The notes below the pieces were generated by a model, which saw only the letters and a program-made list of their open reading frames with translations, was not told where the DNA came from and searched no databases. This document shows, in pieces, positions 7,857 to 14,660 of a stretch of DNA of 14,660 nt; within the stretch, counting starts at the first letter, position 1, and each line of letters begins with the position of its first letter. This DNA is from Octopus sinensis. Lineage: Eukaryota. Location: contig NW_021825802.1 in the NCBI RefSeq assembly GCF_006345805.1, positions 1 through 14,660 on the forward strand. The letters are read 5' to 3'. The position numbers and the translations under genes are program-made.

Positions 7857-9080
7857 CAGATAGATAGAGACAGATAGATAGAGACAGATAGATAGAGACA
7901 GATAGATAGAGACAGATAGATAGAGACAGATAGATAGAGACAGATAGATAGAGACAGATAGATAGAGACAGATAGATAGAGACAGATAGATAGAGGCAGA
8001 TAGATAGAGGCAGATAGATAGAGGCAGATAGATAGAGGCAGATAGATAGAGGCAGAGAGACAGAGACAGATAGATAGAGACAGATAGATAGAGACAGATA
8101 GATAGAGACAGATAGATAGAGACAGATAGATAGAGACAGATAGATAGAGACAGATAGATAGAGACAGATAGATAGAGACAGATAGATAGAGACAGATAGA
8201 TAGAGACAGATAGATAGAGACAGATAGATAGAGACAGATAGATAGAGGCAGAGAGACAGAGACAGATAGACAGAGACAGATAGATAGAGACAGATAGATA
8301 GAGACAGATAGATAGAGACAGATAGATAGAGACAGATAGATAGAGACAGATAGATAGAGACAGATAGATAGAGACAGATAGATAGAGACAGATAGATAGA
8401 GACAGATAGATAGAGACAGATAGATAGAGACAGATAGATAGAGACAGATAGATAGAGGCAGAGAGACGAGACAGATAGATAGAGACAGATATAGAGACAG
8501 ATAGATAGAGACAGATAGATAGAGACAGATAGATAGAGACAGATAGATAGAGACAGATAGATAGAGACAGATAGATAGAGACAGATAGATAGAGACAGAT
8601 AGATAGAGACAGATAGATAGAGACAGATAGATAGAGACAGATAGATAGAGACAGATAGATAGAGACGATAGATAGAGACAGATAGATAGAGACAGATAGA
8701 TAGAGACAGATAGATAGAAAGTGAGAGACAGATAGAGACAGATAGAGAGAGACAGATAGAGAGAGACAGATAGATAGAGACAGATAGATAGAGGCAGAGA
8801 GACAGATAGATAGAGACAGATAGATAGAGACAGATAGATAGAGACAGATAGATAGAGACAGATAGATAGAGACAGATAGATAGAGACAGAGAGACAGAGA
8901 CAGATAGATAGAGACAGATAGATAGAGACAGATAGATAGAGGCAGAGAGATAGAGGCAGAGAGACAGAGACAGATAGATAGAGACAGATAGATAGAGGCA
9001 GAGAGATAGAGGCAGAGAGACAGAGACAGATAGATAGAGACAGATAGATAGAGACAGATAGATAGAGACAGATAGATAGA
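7857..9080. repeat. 14-bp minisatellite (CAGATAGATAGAGA)n, roughly 85-90 units
   Basis: Regular 14-nt period with GAGGCA variants. The 497-aa ORF repeats every 14 aa, equal to 3 units. Confidence 0.97.
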
Positions 9081-9189
9081 CAAACAGACAGACACTGAAA
9101 CTATGCCAAAGCTACTTTAATGGCAGCTCTTTGAATCTATCTAATTGTGCCTATGTACCACTGTACGTTTCCGTTCTTTGACCTGCTGC

Positions 9190-9700
9190 TGCGTTGTGTT
9201 CTCGAGTAAACCATTTCATCTCACGTTGCTCTGCGATCCCTCCGTCTCCTGATGCGTGGTACGCTGTGTGGAGGCGCAATGGCCCAGTGGTTAGGGCAGC
9301 GGACTCGCGGTCGTAGGATCGCGGTTTCGATTCCCAGACCGGGCGTTGTGAGTGTTTATTGAGCGAAAACATCTAAAGCTCCACGAGGCCCCGGCAGGGA
9401 TGGTGGTGATCCCTGCTGTACTCTTTCACCACAACTTTCTCTCACTCTTACTTCCTGTTTCTGTTGTACCTGTCTGTGGAGTGCTCAGCCACTTACACGT
9501 TAATTTCACGAGCAGGCTGTTCCGTTGATCGGATCAACCGGAACCCTCATCGTCGTAACCGACGGAGTGCTTCCATCCAGGTACGCTGTGCATCTGTTCA
9601 GGCAACGTCGATTTGAGACAGAGCGAGCTAACGTACAAGCACAGCCATTTGAGCACCATAAACAAATCATTCGTACAGGTTGTTCAGCAAGAAATTTCAA
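9190..9700 (+). mobile_element. Older SINE-like repeat split by the young SINE insertion
   Basis: GCGTTGTGTTCTCGAGTAAACCATTTCATCTCACGTTGCTC (about 9194-9234) resembles the post-B-box segment of the young SINE. The sequence continues across the empty site. Boundaries are approximate. Confidence 0.4.
9269..9579 (+). mobile_element. Young full-length tRNA-derived SINE (probably tRNA-Arg-related) with 11-bp TSD
   Basis: Perfect direct repeat GGTACGCTGTG at 9258-9268 and 9580-9590. A box TGGCCCAGTGG at 9280-9290 and B box GGTTTCGATTCCC at 9323-9335. Internal 8-bp hairpin at 9394-9416 and a 3' hairpin GTTGAT-CGG-ATCAAC. Confidence 0.92.
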
Positions 9701-9839
9701 GCAGAACCGTCTTGCTCGGACCACGAGAGACTAGCAAACATCGGTCCATCAATCTGTCTATCTACAAACGTAAAATGTTCTCATTCGCGTCTACGTCGTC
9801 ACGTATACATAAACGCGCGCTCACACACACCAATTTATG

Positions 9840-10035
9840 TGATTGGTCGTTTAACCATTGTTAGAAATAACAAAAAATCCGCATCTCACCGTTTTGGAAA
9901 AGGAGAGATCGATTGTCCAACGCTGACCTGTATATAGAAAAAGACGACAACAATGGTTACGACTGGAAACCCCTTTGATCATAACTCTGCCGGATCAGGG
10001 TTGTCCCAGGGCTAAACAAGAAGAACAACAACTAC
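9840..10035 (+). mobile_element. Probable retroposon 3' remnant ending in an (AAC)-rich tail
   Basis: Ends GGGCTAAACAAGAAGAACAACAACTAC. Recognised only as resembling a recurrent octopus repeat; not verifiable within the window. Confidence 0.35.
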
Positions 10036-10096
10036 AATGTCGAGGTGTTCGGTCCTTTGTCAAGATGTAAAATCCATACAATATATCGATTTCAAA

Positions 10097-10302
10097 TTTT
10101 GGCACAAGGCCAGCAATTCTGGTGACAGCGATAAGTCGATTACACCGACCCCAGTACTAACTGGTCCTTATTTTATCGACTCCGGGAAGATGAAATGCAA
10201 AAGTCAACCTAAGCAGAATTTGAACTCAGAGCGTAAGAGACGGACGAAACATCGCTTGAGCGCTTTGCCCGGCGCACTTAACGATTCTGTCAGCTCACTG
10301 CC
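10097..10302 (-). mobile_element. tRNA-derived SINE, second copy of the 521-730 family
   Basis: Colinear with 521-730; the minus strand carries B box GAGTTCAAATTC and an A-box-like TGACAGAATCGTTAAG. Confidence 0.85.
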
Positions 10303-10531
10303 TTAAGTGTCGTAAATACGTTAAGATATATTTTAAATAGTGTAAACATTATCCGATATAGATCTTTATTACAAGGAAACTTGACAGACTACTTACTCTG
10401 AGGTTCGCTTAAGGGTGGACTGCTCAAGACTGCCTGGAGTGAAATTCCGAGTAGCAGGTCACGTGTTGGACCTCTAACTCCCTTTCTCTCTCCTCTCGAT
10501 ATCAACACGTGGCATCTATCTACCCACTTAC

Positions 10532-10582
<51 letters not shown>

Positions 10583-10682
10583 CACGTTATGTCATAATAT
10601 ACATATACCATATGAATGTGTGCACGTTGATAGATGTAAGAGATAGGTAGATAGATAGACAAGGTAGATGGGTAGATAGGTA

Positions 10683-11143
10683 GATCGTCGTCAATACGTA
10701 CAGAAGCGACGAGAGGGGGTCATCCCTGACAGACCGAACGCACAATGTCGAAAGGTCTCGATAGATGTCCATTCACGCGAATTACCGAACGGAAGCCTCT
10801 GTACAAGGCAGCTATCCAGCCGCGGAAGGCGGGACCGAAACCAGCCGCTATAAGAACAACCTCCAAGTATCGGTAGTCTACCTTATCGAAAGCTTTGGAA
10901 TGATTCAAAATGATTAGAGCCCCACCCATGCCAGGTACCTTAACTACCCTGTCTACGATGTAGCGCATCAGATGGAGGTTGTCACGGATGCTCCGGCCCG
11001 GCACACGTCTGCGCATCGTCGGCCAGTTTCTCGATGACAAGCGCCAACCTCTTGGCTAAACACTTGGCCAAAATGTTCAAATCTGCATTGAGCAGAGTGA
11101 TGGGCCTAAAGTTATCTATTACGTCCCCCTTACTTAGATCTTT
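10683..11143 (-). pseudogene. L1/Tx1-clade non-LTR retrotransposon reverse transcriptase fragment (2 frameshifts)
   Basis: Reconstructed as KDLSKGDVIDNFRPITLLNADLNILAKCLAKRLALVIEKLADDAQTCA-(VP)GRSIRDNLHLMRY...ALIILNHSKAFDKVDY...VRSVCQG(C)PLSSLLYVL, covering the N-terminal RT motifs up to QGxPLS. There is a probable 5-nt slippage deletion near 11005 and a 1-nt insertion creating TGA at 10720. Confidence 0.93.
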
Positions 11144-11159
11144 AGGTAGGTATAGATAT

Positions 11160-11295
11160 GTAGGTCCCGGGTTGAGTCGGGGTTAACCACAGTAAATAAG
11201 GTACTCAATACATAGCAGAGTAAATTAATTTATTTTATAGAAGGAGCTTCTACAGGACTAGAACTGTTTCATTCAAATGAAATCATCAGGAAGCC
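11160..11295 (-). mobile_element. Probable Penelope-like element terminal (pLTR) remnant
   Basis: A hammerhead motif followed on the minus strand by AATAAA (11229-11234) and AT-rich sequence, the usual layout of PLE terminal repeats. No PLE ORF is present. Confidence 0.55.
11245..11295 (-). ncRNA. Minimal type I hammerhead ribozyme motif
   Basis: The minus strand reads GGCTTC-CTGATGA-T TTC ATTT GAA T-GAA-ACAG-TTCTAGTC-CTGT-A-GAAGCT. Stem I has 6 bp, stem III has 4 bp, and the GUA cleavage site lies between 11251 and 11250. Confidence 0.78.
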
Positions 11296-11300
11296 ATCGG

Positions 11301-11520
11301 TATAGATAGATAGATAGATGGGTAGATAGATAGGTGGATGGACGGACGGGCGGGTAGACAGATGGATGGACGGGTAGACAGACGGATGGACGGGTGGATA
11401 GATAGATGGACGGGTGGATAGATAGATGGACGGGTGGATAGATAGACAGACAGACGGATAGAGAGATGGATAGGCGGACAGATAGATTGATGGATAGGCG
11501 GACAGATAGATTGATGGATA
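11301..11520. repeat. GATA/GATG/GACG compound repeat with local 20- and 24-bp periodicity
   Basis: CGGGTGGATAGATAGATGGA occurs about 3 times, and TGGATAGGCGGACAGATAGATTGA twice. Confidence 0.9.
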
Positions 11521-12778
11521 GACTGATACATAGACGGATAGACTGACACATAGACGGATAGACTGACACATAGACGGATAGACTGACACATAGACGGATA
11601 GACTGACACATAGACGGATAGACTGACACATAGACAGATAGACTGACACATAGACAGATAGACTGACACATAGACAGATAGACTGACACATAGACGGATA
11701 GACTGACACATAGACGGATAGACTGACACATAGACGGATAGACTGACACATAGACGGATAGACTGATACATAGACGGATAGACTGATACATAGACGGATA
11801 GACTGATACATAGACGGATAGACTGATACATAGACGGATAGACTGACACATAGACGGATAGACTGACACATAGACGGATAGACTGATACATAGACGGATA
11901 GACTGATACATAGACGGATAGACTGATACATAGACGGATAGACTGATACATAGACGGATAGGCTGATACATAGACGGATAGACTGATACATAGACGGATA
12001 GACTGACACATAGACGGATAGACTGACACATAGACGGATAGACTGACACATAGACGGATAGACTGACACATAGACGGATAGACTGACACATAGACGGATA
12101 GACTGATACATAGACGGATAGACTGATACATAGACGGATAGACTGATACATAGACGGATAGACTGACACATAGACGGATAGACTGACACATAGACGGATA
12201 GACTGACACATAGACGGATAGACTGACACATAGACGGATAGACTGACACATAGACGGATAGACTGACACATAGACAGATAGACTGACACATAGACGGATA
12301 GACTGACACATAGACGGATAGACTGACACATAGACGGATAGACTGACACATAGACGGATAGACTGACACATAGACGGATAGACTGATACATAGACGGATA
12401 GACTGATACATAGACGGATAGACTGATACATAGACGGATAGACTGATACATAGACGGATAGACTGACACATAGACGGATAGCTGATACTAGACGGATAGA
12501 CTGATACATAGACGGATAGGCTGATACATAGACGGATAGACTGATACATAGACGGATAGGCTGATACATAGACGGATAGACTGATACATAGACGGATAGG
12601 CTGATACATAGACGGATAGACTGATACATAGACGGATAGGCTGATACATAGACGGATAGACTGACACATAGACGGATAGACTGACACATAGACGGATAGA
12701 CTGATACATAGACGGATAGACTGATACATAGACGGATAGGCTGATACATAGACGGATAGACTGATACATAGATGAATA
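11521..12778. repeat. 20-bp minisatellite (GACTGAYACATAGACGGATA)n, 63 units
   Basis: 48 in-register units at 11521-12480, one 18-nt unit, then 14 more units. Confidence 0.98.
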
Positions 12779-13514
12779 GACAGATAACTAGATGGACAGA
12801 CGGATATATAGGCAGATAGACAAAATAGATCGACAAATAAATAAACTGACAGACATACAGACAGACAGATATCCGTCGCTCGTTTGCGGCACAGGGGCAC
12901 CGGCACCAATTTCAAGTAATGCTTAAGTCAATCCGTATTAAGCTTTGTATTTTCTCTTGTCTGCCACTTATTTTATCGATCTACATTCATTGATCACTTC
13001 ATTATTGATTAACCTTTTTATTATATAAACATATAACTTTTTTTATTTTTTTTTTTTTTTACATAATACCGGTGTTTAATCGGTGGTATCTTGACACGCA
13101 CACACACACGTACACGTACACACAGAGTACATATCTGTTGTGTGAGTGTGTACTGCTGGTTGATATGGATTCACAGACAAGATAGTAACAGCAGTAAAAG
13201 CTGGCTTTCACTAAACAAATCTATACAAAGACCGCCGTGATTGTCAGCTTATTTCATTGATATAGACGGCGTATTATTATTATATCAATATTATTAACTA
13301 TGTGGGGGTCAATCAGGTATATTTTATCGACAGCTATTAACTAACTAACAACATAACAATTAGACTATTTCGGTGAGGCTCGTTGTTTATAACAATACAA
13401 TATGGTTAGTGAAAACTATTCTGGTTCATTCAATTACTAGCGTTGTGTTGTTGAGAATTTGTTAATATACATAGTTTAATTCGTGTGTGTGTGTGGTGTG
13501 TGTGTGTATGTATG

Positions 13515-13664
13515 TATATTATATATAATAATATATATATAAATATAATATATATAATATATAAAATATATATATATATAATATATAAATATATATATAT
13601 AATATATAAAATATATATATAATATATAAAATATATATATAATATATAAAATATATATAAAATA
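13515..13664. repeat. AT-only low-complexity array (about 20-bp AATATATAAAATATATATAT units)
   Basis: Directly visible. Confidence 0.85.
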
Positions 13665-13670
13665 TGTACA

Positions 13671-13720
13671 CTCTCTTTTACTTGTTTAGTCGAGCAAATC
13701 GACCTCAGAACTTTTTCTTT
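13671..13720 (-). mobile_element. Internally deleted SINE tail remnant
   Basis: CTCTTTTACTTGTTT is joined to AGTCGAGCAAATCGACCTCAGAACTT; about 40 nt present in 5062-5177 are missing. Confidence 0.6.
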
Positions 13721-13917
13721 TGTGTGTGCGTATGCACATGCAGATATGCACAAATAGAAATGTATACAAATATATGGGTATATATGCAAGTATACATTAT
13801 ATTCGTGTATATGTACATATGTACGCATATAAATACACACAAACACACATATATATATACGTGCTTTCATGTATATCTATATATGCGTATGTGTGTGTGT
13901 GTATATATATATCACAT

Positions 13918-13964
<47 letters not shown>

Positions 13965-14289
13965 CATGCATACATATGTTTCAGAAACACACACACACAA
14001 ACCCATGCTGAAGAGAAAGAATCTTGAATTTTATAATTCATGGACATGCCCATGTTTATACAAACCAATATTGATGTATTTAATTAACTAGATGCTAATT
14101 AAAATGTTTTATATACATTTATAGACACTTCAAAGCAACTTGATATTAAATTATTATTTTGACATGAGCTTTTGTCATGTATAGTCCAGCGTATAGTCAG
14201 TCAATCGAGAGTTGGTCAGTGTGTAGTTAATAGCGATATGGTTAGGTCAACCACATGGTCAATGAGGTCAAACGCACTTTGGTTAGCAA

Positions 14290-14520
14290 GTGGTGTGTGG
14301 GACCTTGGCTAGTGAGCGGTGATTGGGACCTTGGCCAGTGAGCGGTGATTGGGACCTTGGCCAGTGAGCGGTGTTTGGGACCTTGGTTAGTGAGTGGTGT
14401 TTGGGATCTTGGTCACTGTGGTGTTTGGGACGTTGGTCACTGTATGGTGTTTGGGACGTTGGTCACTGTGTGGTGTTTGGGACGTTGGTCACTGTGTGGT
14501 GTTTAGGACGTTGGTCAGTG
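14290..14520. repeat. 26-bp tandem repeat, 9 units
   Basis: GGGAC(C/G)TTGG cores start at 14299, 14325, 14351, 14377, 14403, 14427, 14453, 14479 and 14505. Confidence 0.95.
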
Positions 14521-14660
14521 TTTGGTCAAACAAACATTGGTCAGTGTTAGCTGTTTCGAGAGACCTTGTTTAGCATTAGTAATGTAGTCAGTGTGAAGTG
14601 TTTAGGTGATATAAGAGTGTAGCGAATAGAGACTTGGTCAGTCAGTCCATGTGGTCAGTT

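Noticed and set aside
7602-9095. 497-aa ORF on the minus strand
   Set aside because: Translation of the 14-bp minisatellite, which has no stops on that strand; not a gene.
9270-9345. tRNA gene
   Set aside because: A and B boxes are present, but there is no proper acceptor or anticodon stem. It continues into a SINE body bounded by a TSD.
10370-10510. Possible 3' UTR remnant of the Tx1-like LINE
   Set aside because: The position is compatible, but nothing in the window supports it without a consensus alignment.
11269-12915. 548-, 516- and 398-aa ORFs
   Set aside because: All are frame variants of the 20-bp minisatellite.

Overview
AT-rich, microsatellite-dense eukaryotic non-coding DNA. The SINE/MITE repertoire looks like that of an octopus (coleoid cephalopod) genome; this is my recognition, not a database result. 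No complete gene is present, and the long ORFs are translations of simple repeats. Most non-repetitive sequence is transposon debris: several tRNA-derived SINEs (one young copy with an 11-bp TSD), a mariner-derived mini-element, a probable piggyBac-type MITE, an RTE LINE 3' fragment and a frameshifted L1/Tx1-like reverse transcriptase fragment. There are also five tandem arrays (22, about 36, 14, 20 and 26 bp units) and two weak candidate exons on opposite strands. The main unexpected signal is two type I hammerhead ribozyme folds of the Penelope-associated kind: 752-856 on + (CUGAAGA core, palindromic ACAAUUGU stem III, GUC site) and 11245-11295 on - (CUGAUGA core, GUA site). Also notable are a 235-bp inverted, locally templated insertion flanked by an 8-bp duplication and near-perfect inverted repeats that would form long dsRNA.
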